Below, one piece after another: positions 45,200 through 57,750 of a stretch of 64,000 nt of DNA. Where the stretch lies: NCBI RefSeq assembly GCF_009914755.1, contig NC_060930.1. The stretch is one strand, 5' to 3'. How positions within the stretch are numbered: position 1 is the stretch's first letter; every line of letters begins with the position of its first letter. Below the pieces are notes generated by a model, which was not told the DNA's origin, made no database searches, and saw nothing but the letters and a program-made list of their open reading frames with translations. The position numbers and the translations under genes are program-made. The stretch comes from the human T2T-CHM13v2.0 reference genome, Homo sapiens.

Positions 45200-45800
45200 C
45201 AATGCTAGATATGTCAATGGAGATAATTTAATGTAGGAAATTGTTAAACAAGTGTTGGAAGACTGAAAAATCCAAATAATAACACTGAGATAACATAGAC
45301 ATAAGAACTGCAGGATGCAGCTGGCATTCCTAGAGCTGGGGGAATAAAGATACCGGGATTACTAGAAGCAATAAACTCAGAAGAGAGGCAACAAATGAGA
45401 TTTAGATTTTTGAAAATTGTATTCTAGATGCTGGTACCTCAGGAGCTCTGAGATGAGGCCCAGTGGAATTGGTACTGAGAACTCTGAGATGTCACTGTCC
45501 AGATGATATAATATTTCTAAGGGAGAGTGATAGGCTGTGTCTGAGAGTGCCAAAAGAAGCTAGAAAAGTCTGCTGTGCTATCAACCTAAGTGCCTGCTCT
45601 GGGGCAAGGCTGATAAGAATGGAAAGTAAATTTTGTTTTTATCCTTTAACCTTCTAGACTCCCGTGTAGTGCCTCCTATCAGTGGAACATACAGGAAGCC
45701 CCTGGTAAAGAAAAAAATATTTTTGGCAGAATGACAGCTATAGTGTTATAAATACCAAATCCAGAAGGGTGCTGAGAGACAATAGCTTCAAAATCAGCAC
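45200..45800. mobile_element. Ancient LTR-like element interrupted by the L1MA
   Basis: GAGATAATTTAATGTAGGAAATTGTTA...AGTGCCTCCTATCAGTGGAAC resemble old MaLR/ERVL LTRs; family not identified. Confidence 0.4.
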
Positions 45801-46812
45801 AGTTTAGATTGTAGCAAAAAACCCCAACCCCATATATATGTAGTTATATAAAGCCCTAAAGCCATAGAATCTTTAATAAATTAAATAACTTATTTACTAA
45901 TTGCTTATAAATGTATTTGTGAGACCTTTACTTGCAGATATGATGACAGACTAGAATCTTGAAACTCTTCCACTATAAAATGCCTAACAATGCCAAATAA
46001 AATAGTTTTAAGCCATCTTCTAAATAGATGACTGAAGAAGCAAGAACAGGAGTCGAGCAAAGTAAGTGAGCACAGAAGTCATGGAATGCCTGTAGCATCT
46101 ACTAATGAGAGTTATCCCCTGAGAGCAGGCAGCCTGGGGCTTATGTTTCAATGGCTGACTGGTGGGGTGGGGTGTGGGGTGGCAAAGATAAAGCTCTGAC
46201 ATATCCAAGAGGTGAGAAAGTAGAATGAAAGGCTACCATTTCTTTCTCTGCCTAAAGTATTTTGTGATCGAGCAAACTCTACACCCTCAGGGGAGTAGAA
46301 AACTAGGAAACAAACATACCCTGCAGCTGCAGAATGTAAGGAAATTGATTTTTTCAGTTTTAACTCTAGGTAGAGAAGAAAAAATCTTTTTGGAGAGTTT
46401 CTGTACAAAAGCCAGTACTTATGTGTGCTTTGAGCCTGAATTTGTAACATTTACTTGAAACAAAAAACTGTAAGGTAAGAATTCTTATTTAATGTGTATC
46501 TAGGTTAGTAGTGGCTCTAAGTGTCTACAGAAACAAACAGTATCCTCTCTGAAGGAAACCAGCCTCAATCTAGCTCTAAAAGTCTTGCCTGAGAGACAGT
46601 ACCAATGACCATGAGCTCACAACAGAAAAGTAACAAAGCCATGAGGAAATAAAACACCATTAGTGAGAATCAGCAGAAGCAATAAGCAGTAGAATCAAGC
46701 CCAAAGGCCTTTGAATACTAGAATTTTAGGATACAGACTATTTCTTAAAAATGTTTATTAAAGTCACGTAAAAGTGAACCAAAACTATGAGTCAGAAGGA
46801 AAGATTAAAGAA

Positions 46813-48406
46813 GAATTAATATTGTTAAAATCACCATATTGCCCAAAGCAATCTACAGAGTTGACTTAATCCCTACCAAATTGCCAATATCAGTTTTCAC
46901 AGAATTAGAAAACACAATTCTAAAATTCATATGGAACCGAAAAAGAGCTCAAATAGCCAAAGCAATTCTAAGCAAAAGGAATAAAGCAGAGGCATCACAT
47001 CACCTGACTTCAAATTATACCACAATGCTATAGTAACCCAAACAGCATAATAGTGGTATAAAAATGGACACATAGATGAACAAAACACGATAGAGAATCC
47101 AGAAATAATGCCACATACCTAAGACCAACTGATCTTTTACAAAGTCAACAAAAATACACACTAGGGAAAGGCTACACTACTCAATAAACAGTGTTGGGAA
47201 AACTGGATAGCCATATGCAGAAGAACAAAACTAGACCAGTATCTCTCACCATATACAAAAATTAATTTAAGATGAATTAAAGACTTAAAAGTAAAACCTG
47301 AAACTATAAAAATTCTAGAAAGAATCCTAGGAAAAACTCTTCTGGACATTGGCTTACGCAAAGAATTTATGACTGAGCCGTCAAAAGCAAATGCAATAAA
47401 AACAAAAATAGACAAATGGAGCTTAAAAGCTTCTGCACAGCAAAAGAAACAATCAACAGAATAACCAGACAATCTGCAGAATGGGAAAAGTATTTGCAAA
47501 CTATGCATCTAACAAAGGGTTAATATCCAGAATCTGAAAGGACTCAAACAACTCAACAAGAAAAAAACAAATAACCCTATTAAAAAGTGAGCGAAGGACA
47601 TAAGTAGACATTTTAAAAAACACACATACAAGTGGCCCACAAATATATGAAAGAATGCTCAACATCACTTATCATCAGATAAATGCAAATTAAAACTACA
47701 GTGAGATATCATCTTATATCAGTCAGAATGGCTACTAGTAAAAATATTGAAAACAACAGATATTGGTGAGAATGTAGAGGAAAAGGAATGCTTATATATT
47801 GTTGGTAGGAAGGTAAATTAGTACAACTTATATGGTAAACAGTATGGCAGTTTCTCAAATAACTAAAAATAGAACTATCATTTTATCCAGCGATCCCACT
47901 ACTGAGTATCCAAAGGAAAATAAATCATTATGCCAAAAGATACCTGCACTCAAATGTTTATCACAGCACTATTCACAATAGCAGAGATATGGAATTAACC
48001 ATCAATGCATGACTGGATCAAGAAAATGTGATAAAAATACCTTTTGTATGTCACCATGGAATACTATGCAGCTATAAAAAATAATAAAATGATATATTTT
48101 TCAGGAAGAGGGATAGAACTGGAGGCCATTATTCTAAATGAAAATAACTCAGAAACAGAAAGTCAAATACCACATGTTCTCATTTATAAGTGGAACTAAA
48201 CAAAGGCTACACATGAACATATAAAGTGTAATAATAGACACTGGAGACTACAGATGATTGGAGGTTCAGAGCAGGGTGAGAGTTAAAAATTTAACTCTCG
48301 GGTGCCATGTTTACTGTTGGGTGATGGGTACAGTGAAAGCCCAGACTCCACCACTATGCAATATACGCATGTAAGAAATCTGCACTTGTACCCTCTAAAT
48401 CTATAA
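46813..48406 (+). mobile_element. 5'-truncated L1PB3/4-type nested in an old L1M 5'/ORF1 region
   Basis: 3' end AAAGCCCAGACTCCACCACTATGCAATATACGCATGTAAG...CACTTGTACCC; TSD AAAGATTAAAGAA (46800-46812) / AAAGATAAAAGAA (48407-48419). Confidence 0.85.
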
Positions 48407-48528
48407 AAAGATAAAAGAAAATGACAAAGTCAATTTTAAGAAGAACCAAATAGCAGAAATATAAGTGAAAATAAATATTGTGTGGAATACATAGTTTGTG
48501 GAATGATTCAATAGCAGATCAGATGATG

Positions 48529-48683
48529 GATCAGCTAACGTTTTCTGTGAAGTGCCAAACTGCCATTTTTATTTTTTGTTTGTTTTCTGCTTTTTAAAAC
48601 GAAAACTATTCTCAGCTTTTAGGCTATACAAATATAGGTTGTGGGCCAGGTTTGTTCTATAGGTTATTATTTGTTGATCTATG
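48529..48683 (+). mobile_element. MER58-like MITE
   Basis: GATCAGCTAACGTTTTCTGTGAAGTGCCA...GGCTATACAAATATAGGTTGTGGGCCAGGTTTG. Confidence 0.65.
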
Positions 48684-48903
48684 GACTAGACAATGCCAAA
48701 AGATAATTAGTTATTATCCAGAGGTAGATATGAAGAAATTATGTAGAATGCAGCACAGGAAGAACATGATACAAAATACTAACTTGGAATTAGCGAATGG
48801 AGAAAAGACACAAAGTCAAATTTTCATCTACAAGATATAAGATAATAGAGGAGAGGTAAATACTTCAAGAGATAATTGCTGATTTTTTTCAAGAACTAAT
48901 AAA

Positions 48904-50152
48904 GGTTTTGATTTGCATTTCACCGATGATTAGTGATACTGAGCATTTTCTTTTATGTATTTTTTGGCCATTTGTATGTCTTCCTTTGAGAAATGTCTGT
49001 TAGATTATTCGCCTGTTTTTTAAAAAGAACGTTTTTTATTTCTGTTGAGATGTTTCAATTCTTTGTATATTCTGTATATTGGACCCCTTTTGGATTAATA
49101 GTTTGCAAATTTTTTTTCCTATTTTGTTGGTTCTTTTTTTACTCTGTTGATTGTTTCCTCTGCTGTGCAGAAGCTTTTAAGTTTGATATAGTCTTATTTG
49201 TTTATTTTTCCTTTTCAGGTCTTATTCACAAACAATTTTCCCAGACCAATATTCTAAAGCATTTCTCCTATGTTTTCTTCTGGTAATTTTATAGTTTAAG
49301 ATTTTACATGTAGGTCTTTGATCCATTTTGAATTGATTTTTGTATGGGGTGACAGATGAAGGTCAGTTAGGATAATTATTATCAAAAAGACAAAAAACAT
49401 GCTAGCAAGGATGCAGAGAGAGGGGGGCTCTTATCCACTGTTCATGGAAATGTATATTAGCACAGCCACTATGAAAGACAGTATGAAGTTTCCTAAGAAA
49501 ACTAGAAATAGAACTACCAAATGATCCAGCAGTTTCACTACTGGGCATTTATCCAAAGGAAAGAAAATCAGTATATCAAAGAGATATCTGCAACCCCAAT
49601 GCTATTCACAATAGCCAAAATAATTGGAATCAGTCTAGGTATCCAACAACAGATGAATGGGTAAATATATACAATGGAATACTATTCACCCACAAAAAGG
49701 ATGAAATCTTGTTATTCACAGCAGCATAGATGAAACCGGAAGACATCATGTTAAGTGAAATAAGCCAGGAACACAAAGTTAAACACAAAGTTAAAATGTT
49801 CTTACTCATGTGTAAGCTAAAAAATAGGTGACCTCATAAAAGTAAAAAATAGAACAGAAGATACTAGAGCTGGGAAGTGGGGAAGAGAGTTGTTAAAAGA
49901 TACAAAATTAGAGCTAGATAGGAAGAATAAGTTATAGTGTTCTATAGTACCCAAGGATGTCTATAGTTAACAATGATACATAGTTTCATTTAGCTAGAAA
50001 GAGGATATTGAATGTTTTCCAAGCAAGGAAATGATAAATGTTTCAGATGATAGATATGCTACTTACTCTGATTTGATCACTGTACATTATATGTATCATA
50101 ACATCACCATGCACCCCATAAATATGTACAATTACTATGTATCAATTAAAAA
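48904..50152 (+). mobile_element. L1MA-type with 5' inversion
   Basis: Inverted segment 48904-49368 joined through CAGTT microhomology to forward segment 49364-50152 ending in the L1MA tail CCCCATAAATATGTACAATTACTATGTATCAATTAAAA. Confidence 0.85.
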
Positions 50153-50190
50153 TGTTTTAATTATTTTTTTAAAAGAATAGCATGGAGCTT

Positions 50191-50669
50191 CTATAAAGAC
50201 ACATGCACACGTATGTTTATTGCGGCACTATTCACAATAGCAAAGACTTGGAACCAACCCAAATGTCCAACAATGATAGACTGGATTAAGAAAATGTGGC
50301 ACATATACACCATGGAATACTATGCAGCCATAAAAAATGATGAGTTCATGTCCTTTGTAGGGACATGGATGAAACTGGAAATCATCATTCTCAGTAAACT
50401 ATTGCAAGGACAAAAAACCAAACACCACATATTCTCACTCATAGGTGGGAATTGAACATTGAGAACACATGGACACAGGAAGGGGAACATCACACTCTGG
50501 GGACTGTTATGGGGTGTGGGGAGGGGGGAGGGATAGCATTAGGAGATATACCTAATGCTAAATGATGAGTTAATGGGTGCAGCACACCAGCATGGCACAT
50601 GTATACATATGTAACTAACGTGCACATTGTGCACATGTACCCTAAAACTTGAAGTGTAATAATAAAAAA
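50191..50669 (+). mobile_element. Short 5'-truncated L1PA3/4 inserted at the tail of the L1MA
   Basis: ORF2 C-terminus and 3'UTR; TSD AAAAGAATAGCATGG (50171-50185) / AAAAGAATAGTATGG (50670-50684); extra AGCTT at the 5' junction. Confidence 0.93.
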
Positions 50670-51499
50670 AAAAGAATAGTATGGCAAAGACAATCCTCAA
50701 ATTCAAGAGGTCCAGTGAATCAGAGGCTGAAGTCTACACCTAAACAATCTGAAGACCGAAAAAAGAGAATTTCAAAGCAGTCAGGCTATCCTTCCTAGGT
50801 AAATTGACAACTGATTTAAGAGCTAATTTATTAATAGAAGTAAGTGGAAGCCAGAAGGTAGGGGGATAATATGTTTACAATGTGGAGAAAATATAACTAG
50901 CAATCTAAAATCTGTTTCTATTATACAGTTTCCTTTTCCCTCTTGTCTCTGATAAATTTCATGAGATCAGAATCTCTCCCTCAGATTTGTAATTGCTCTA
51001 ATTCAATGAGATAGATGGAAGAAGTCACCATTCCTGCCTTTCCTGGAGAAATCAGACTGGAATATTGAACAGAGATTCTCATATGACTGTCCAAACATAT
51101 ACTCTCTATCCAGAAAATAGTCGAGTATGGACCTGAGTAACAAAAGCCCTTGAGCAGCCAAAATAAGCAGCAAATCTCTTTTTTAAGGCCCATGTACATT
51201 ACTATTAAACAAGGCTCTGACATGTTCATTCCATTCATTCTTGTTTAATATACATATATTTTAAATGAAACAAACTTTTAAACTAAAATAATACCTATTT
51301 ATCCTAGGGCAAGCAAGAAGTCAGAGCTCTAATTCACTGCTGTGTCCCCAGCTCCAATAACATGCCTTAAACATGGTAGCACTTATTACATATTGGTTGA
51401 ACAGACGAATGATAGGGTTAGTGAAGGAGGGAGACGATTCTAGCTGACGAATTATTCAGATGTTAGTAACACCCCCAAATGGAGTCTTTTTTTTTTGTG

Positions 51500-52425
51500 G
51501 CACTCTCTTAGCATTGTGTATATGTTGATATAGTGCTTACAATGCTGTAATACAATTCTTTATTTTCATATTTATTGCTTCCCATAGTATTATTCAAGAG
51601 AAGTACCATGCAGTTTTTTAAACTCGTGTTAAGCACACTGCACAGAATACATACCCACCTAAGAGAAAGATGAAAGATCAGTGTATGTTTGACCTATTGA
51701 GTGACTGACTAAATGAATGAATGAGGAAGATGGAAGAGGATAGCCATTAGCCTTCAGGGACCAGAGAAAGCACATTCCTTATACGGAAAAAAAAAAAAAA
51801 AAAAAGAAAGAAAGAAAGAAATTAAGGTAATTTCTAAATGACCTCCTATTTTTCCCTCTTATCTAGATCTACTTTAGCTTCAAAATGTATGCTCAGACAT
51901 ACACTTGAGATGACACAAATATACCACCATTCCCTACATTTGGTTTGGTTTATTCTGCCACCACTCTATTGAAAAATTTCTTTCATTCAGCGAGGGCAAT
52001 AATTTCTCCTCAAAAGCCTCCCAACTTTGGCACTCTTCTGGACTCCCCTTCCTCCCCTCTTTATCACTCTCCTTCTTTCCAGATTTCCTCTTCCCAAGTT
52101 CCTGTTAAACATGAGTGTATCTCTGTTTTCTTGTTGCTTCTGTGCTCTTTTCATTTCCTGGAGAAGCTCATCCACCTGCACGATTTAACATCGGATTGAC
52201 AAATACAAAATCATCTCCAGCCCAGGTTACTCTACTGGGCTTCAGACCTGTGTATTCCAGCTTCCTGCTATACACTTGTATTTCCTATAGGCATTGAAAA
52301 CATACATATACAACTAAACTAATCATTGTAGCTGGAGTTTAGAGAATGAGAATGACATGGAAAGGCCCATACTGGGGAGGAGATGTAAATGTGGGATAGA
52401 TCATGCAGTGCGTCACATGTCATAA
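51500..52425. mobile_element. L2 relics in both orientations
   Basis: L2 3' tail (TGAA)n at ~51714-51724; CTCCAGCCCA...TCAGACCTGTGTATTCCAG sense piece to ~52327; antisense piece 52328-52425. Confidence 0.6.
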
Positions 52426-53594
52426 CTGGTCCACTCCTCAGGTTCTTCCACCATACCTGGGCCACTAGAAACTTTGGTGTGTGGGAGTCCTGGATTTGAT
52501 ACGTTTACCTCTGTATTGTACCTCCTTACCTGTAAGACTTTGAGCAATCCAGATATTTCTTGCTCAGGGGACTTTTTAGCATATTTCTGTATCCTTTTTT
52601 TCAGAATCCTCAAGAATATATTTTCATTTCAGGGAAATTTCTTTCTCCTTAAAACCTCTTTTTATCAGTAGGCTGTGGCTTTTGGAAATAAAAGTCAGGA
52701 AGCTATGTGAAGAATTCCCCATGAGTTAGGAACAAAGCAGAGTGTCTTCCCTGCTTAATGTAGATAAGGCAAAAGATTTGGAAGTATATCTGATGACAGC
52801 AGGCAGGGTTGCCCATGATCAAGAGTACAGAAGATCCTTGAGGAGGGGAACCGAAGAGAGCTGAGATGCCAGTAAGTTCCTAAGAGGGACCTCACCTACA
52901 CCATTTAGGGCAAGTCTGAGTGCAGGGGGAGAAAAGAGGACCTGAGAAAAATGGCATCAAATCCCAGAGTAGCATCTACAAAGATGGCAAAATACCATAG
53001 TTACCCTATTCCCAACACTGTGTGAGAGCAGAAGTAATACACATATGGTTGTCTTTATAAGCAGAAGACCCTGAGAAAGCTCCACAGATTTCCCTGTGGT
53101 ATGCCAAGCACTGGAGCAAAAGGATATTTCTAGGTGACTGAAAGCATCGAGAAACAGATTCCCACATTCCAAAGTGAAGATTTTCTAAGTTCCCGAGAGT
53201 AGCACCTGAAGAGGCTGCAGGCTCTGGAGCAAGCAGGATGTAAGGGGACCTGTGTAGACCAATAGCCTCACAGTGAATGGAGATGTGACTGTGTCAGAAT
53301 ATGCCCAATTTGATGGAGGCTGTATTAGAAACCAGATGCCCCTCTGAATGCTTTAGAACTGTTATATGACTACAGGACAAAGAGAGAGTGGAATCTTTAA
53401 TTCATTGCAGTTGATTTCCCTTCAGTGTAGGCTCAAAATAGAAGTAAATATTAGAGAAATAAATTTACTAAAAAGTGCATCCAATTGTGTATCTTTAGGT
53501 GATTTGATATTCTGTAGAAAGGTCAAGTGGTTACAAAACATGTTGCTGGAACTTGAGAAACAGAAACAAGGAAAACTGCAAAGTCCAAAAAATC

Positions 53595-53982
53595 TTGAGT
53601 GACTCACTAAATAAATGGAATGAATGAGGAAGATGGAAGAGAATAGCTGTTAGTCTTCAGGGAGCAGAGAAAGCACATTTCTTACAGGTTAAAAACAAAT
53701 AAATTAAGGTAATTTCTAAATGACCTTCTATTTTTCCCTATTTCTAGCAGCCCAGGTATGGTATGGAAGCACCTGAGGAGTGGACCAGGTATGACATGTG
53801 AGGCCCTGCATGATTTATCCCTTATCTATAGCTCCTCCCCAGCTTGGGCCTTCCCATGTCATTCTCATTCTCTAAACTCCAGGTACAATAATTAGTTTAG
53901 TTGTAGGTATATGTTTTCAATGCCTATGGGAAAAACAAGTATGTAGCAGAAAGTTGGAATACACAGGTCTGAAGCTTAGTAG
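53595..53982. repeat. Composite local duplication: direct copy of 51697-51866 plus inverted copy of 52232-52470
   Basis: Manual alignment; the inverted part shows 28 substitutions and one 2-nt indel over ~239 nt. Confidence 0.92.
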
Positions 53983-55759
53983 GTGCTGGTTGAAAAAAAT
54001 TTTTAAAGATAATAGTTTTTAGGAGAGAATCTACTTTTCAGGAATGTTTCTTGAATTACGTAAGAAAATACTTTATGGGAAGAGAGTTATCTGACAGTTC
54101 TCTTTTATTTGGTCTACATTTGATTTCAAGAATTTATGTTCTTTTTAAAATACATATACAGGCATTCTATGTTAATTTTAATGTTTTAATCCTAACCCCC
54201 ATTATTTTAATGAGCCCCTGGTCTTGCCAAGTGTGGTTTTTCCAACCATGGCACATTTAAGGATTGTTACTCTCAATTGGCAAGAAATTTAATTTCATAT
54301 ATTAAGAAAGGAGGATGGATGGGTGTCCTTTTAAGATGTTCAAACTGGGTTGAAAGAAACAGGACTTAATTATTCATTTAGCAAAATTCACTACTTAAAA
54401 CACTCAGTTGCTGGACCATGCCACCCACTTATGATATAGTTTTCTTAAAATTATAAATTCTGCTTTTTAGTGGCTTCCTTTACCTAGTCATTTCTAGATA
54501 ATGGAAGATCTTAATTTGGTGCAAAACTATGAGTTGATATATAAAGGCTAAGAGTAAAAATGAACACTAACCTCAAATTTATAATATTATTCTACCATCA
54601 GAATTCAGCATTTGTGATACTTAATGAAACAATAAGCAATATTTTAAGGTTGCAAAGGCAGAGGAAAGAAAATCAAATTTGAATTATTATGATATGCTAG
54701 TCATTGAATCTATTAAACCCACTTGCCCTTAAGACTTCTTGCTGTTGTGGAAGGCATTTCACAAGGTTGTAATTATGTTTTTTTTTTTCTCCTTTGCATA
54801 TAGGCTATAGCTTTATTAAATTATTCATTATAATATACCAACTTTAAACCCAAAAAATGTATAAATACAAGATCATGTAACTTGAACATAGCATCAGACC
54901 CTTAGGAACTAAACAAAGGTATGCATTCTACTGTATTATTTTCTGATTTTCACTTGTATTCCCCATTGCTTTAGCTGCCCCTATTGTCATAAATTAAGTA
55001 CTCTGCAGTCTTACCAATGTAATGCTGTATCTTCTCCACACCTAATAATTGGATATTTGAGAATCAGGAATGACACGTTGGATGACACTTATACTCACAT
55101 ATTACTTTTCTTCAGATGGCAACAAGGACCACAGACAGTGAGCAGATAGGTGGATTTTTAATTGGGAAAATTAAGTTACAAGAAGACCATAAAGAAAAAC
55201 AATTCAGTAAAGGAAATAATACAATTATTTTATTTGTGAAAATTGTTTTATTACAATCAGTAGTTAGAAGGCATTATCCTATTTTCCAGATCTTTTGACT
55301 TGTGATATTTGAGTAAAAGAACAAAGAAATGTCAAAATAGAGGGTTTCAGCGCTGCATGTTTGTGTGTGTGTGTGCATGTGTGTGAGAGTGAGTCTGTTA
55401 GAAGAAGAAAAGCTACTTTACTCAAATTTTGCACTGGGATAATGCCACCACCAACTTTACCTGAAATCTCATAATCCCATTGTTGTATTCCCATCTCTCT
55501 ACGACTGGCTCCAGTATCTGTTTTCATCAACCCCCACCCTAATAAACTTGTTTTTAATGCAATTGGTATCTAACTTTCCCTTCTTTTGGAGGACAGGAAC
55601 TAACTCATTTCTTGCACTCCTTATGCATCAGCCATTTTAGAGTCTGACTATAATAGGTGCTCAGCAAATGTTTGCTACATGAATAAGAAAAAGTGTGGCT
55701 GTATTCAATCATAATTTTATGTAAGATAAATATCATATCCTTGCATAATTATAAAAGTT

Positions 55760-57750
55760 TATACATAAATACATTTCTGTCAGAAAAGATTTAAATCATA
55801 CAGGATTACAAAATTAAAAGTAAAAGTCGTCTATTTTTCTAGCTCCATCTCACCCACACTATCCTACTTCTTTTTTCATAAGTAACTATTTTCATCAGTT
55901 AGCAACATTAGCTATTGCAATATCAGTTACAGTAACTAATGTTGCTAACTGATAACAATAGTTACTTATGAGGAAGCTGATTGCAATATCAGTTAGCAAT
56001 TGTTACCAATTTTTTTATCTTCTTTTTTCTATTTAGACACACACAAACACACTCTCACTGGGCTTATGCCTTTTTAACATAAATGGGATCATACTGTTGT
56101 GTAAAAATTGATTTTTTGGCTTCACAGGTATTTTTGGAGATTTTTGCAACGTTAATATTTAGAGATGTACGACATTCTTTTTATGATTGAAGAACATTTT
56201 ATTGTGTACATATACTGTAATTTATTTAATAGCTTCCCACTTGAAGAACATTTAGGTTGTTTACTGTTTTGTTAAACTTTTACACTTTAACTATTTGGTG
56301 GATGTGAATAATAGCCCACTTCAAATGTTACAAAATCTTGATTACAAGTGAGGTTGGTTGTCTTCACCCATACTTACTTTCAGGCATTCTTAAATTGTTC
56401 ACATGCTTTATCCATTTTCTATTGGGTAGTTTCTCTTTTTCTTTTCTGATTAGCATGATCTAGGAATACTAAAGCGTTTTCTTTATAAGGCTACAGATAT
56501 TTTACCTTATTCACTTGTGTTCTAATTTTGAGTTAGTGTTTATGATTTTACATTTAAAGTTTTCATATCAGTTTGTTTTATGTATGCCTTCTGTAAGGTA
56601 TATATAGTGTTTTTTTCTACCCATTCTGAGTTTCTCTTTTAACAGAGAATTTAATAACTCAAATGTTGCATAATTATTATAGTACTTGGATTTTGCCCTG
56701 CCATCTCGGTTGTATAAGAATTGATTTGCCATGTGTTTTTCCTTTTTGTCTCTTGTTTCCCTTCCACCCTCCTTTGCTTCTTTCTTGTCTTATGGGATTC
56801 ATTAAATTATTTTTCTTTCATTTTTTTTTCTATTTCTATAATTCTCACTAAATTTTAAAAAAATCACATGTAAACTTTATTTTTTGCTGTTTAGAGGAAA
56901 TCAGTATGTTTAGTTCCTCTGAAGATGACAAGAAGCTTTGTATGCTTTCATTTCTTATCTCCTCCTCATCTCTTATGTTGAAATAACTTGAGATTTTCAC
57001 TCCAGATTATTTCTTTACATTTTTCATAAATAATTATTCAGACTTAAGTGTAAGCTGCCTGTATCTCAAATATTCTACTTACATATATTTTTGCTTTATT
57101 AGAATGTAACTTTCTGTAGCATTTTTAAAAATAACATTTCTGTAAAGCAGTACATTTCTTTTGCTCTTACACTTAAATGCAAGTTTGACGGGGCATAAGA
57201 TTCCTGTGTCAAAATATTGTTATGTTTGAACTTCAAGGATATTGTTCTATTGTCTTCTAGCACCCAGTGTTGTCAACAAGAAGTTTGATGCCAATCTGAT
57301 TATTTTGGCTGTGCAGGTGATACTTTTCTCTTCAAAGGATTTTGTGATTTTTCTCATTTTCTTTTTGAAATTCTACCAAAGAGTGCTAGGATAGCGAGTT
57401 TCTCATTCCCTTGGGGAATGAGTCTCAATACGGAACCTTATCTTTTGTCCTGGATAGATTTCTTCCATTACTTATTAGCTTATCCCCCTTCATTCTCCTC
57501 ATTTTTCCTGGTCTCTGTAGGACTCTCTGAAGAAGGTGTTGGCCTTTGAGGCATAGTTTTAATGTGTCTTTATTTTTTATTTGATTACTTTCATCTCTTT
57601 GTCTTTTAGTGATTATTCTGGGAGAATTCTTTGATTCTCTGCTTGTTATTCTCTAGCTCTCCTCCTGTTTTGTCCATTCTTTTGTTTACTCCAGGGTATT
57701 TTAGTACATATGTTTAAAATTTTGAGAATCACTTATTTAGTGGGAGGGGC
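55760..57750 (-). mobile_element. Old L1M/L1ME fragments
   Basis: AAATGGGATCATACTG, ACATTTAGGTTGTTT, GAAGTTTGATGCCAATCTGATT motifs; T-rich antisense L1; boundaries approximate. Confidence 0.6.
55876..55971. repeat. Inverted repeat / hairpin with 36-bp arms (2 mismatches) and 24-nt loop
   Basis: TCATAAGTAACTATTTTCATCAGTTAGCAACATTAG ... CTAATGTTGCTAACTGATAACAATAGTTACTTATGA. Confidence 0.95.

Noticed and set aside
52670-53535. Possible ancient LTR ending in GGTTACA
   Set aside because: The composition is suggestive, but I could not match a family, a start or a TSD.
55100-55155. Possible small exon (TTTTCTTCAG|ATGGCAACAAGG...|GTGAGC or GTGGAT)
   Set aside because: Splice-like motifs are common by chance, and there is no recognisable peptide or partner exon.
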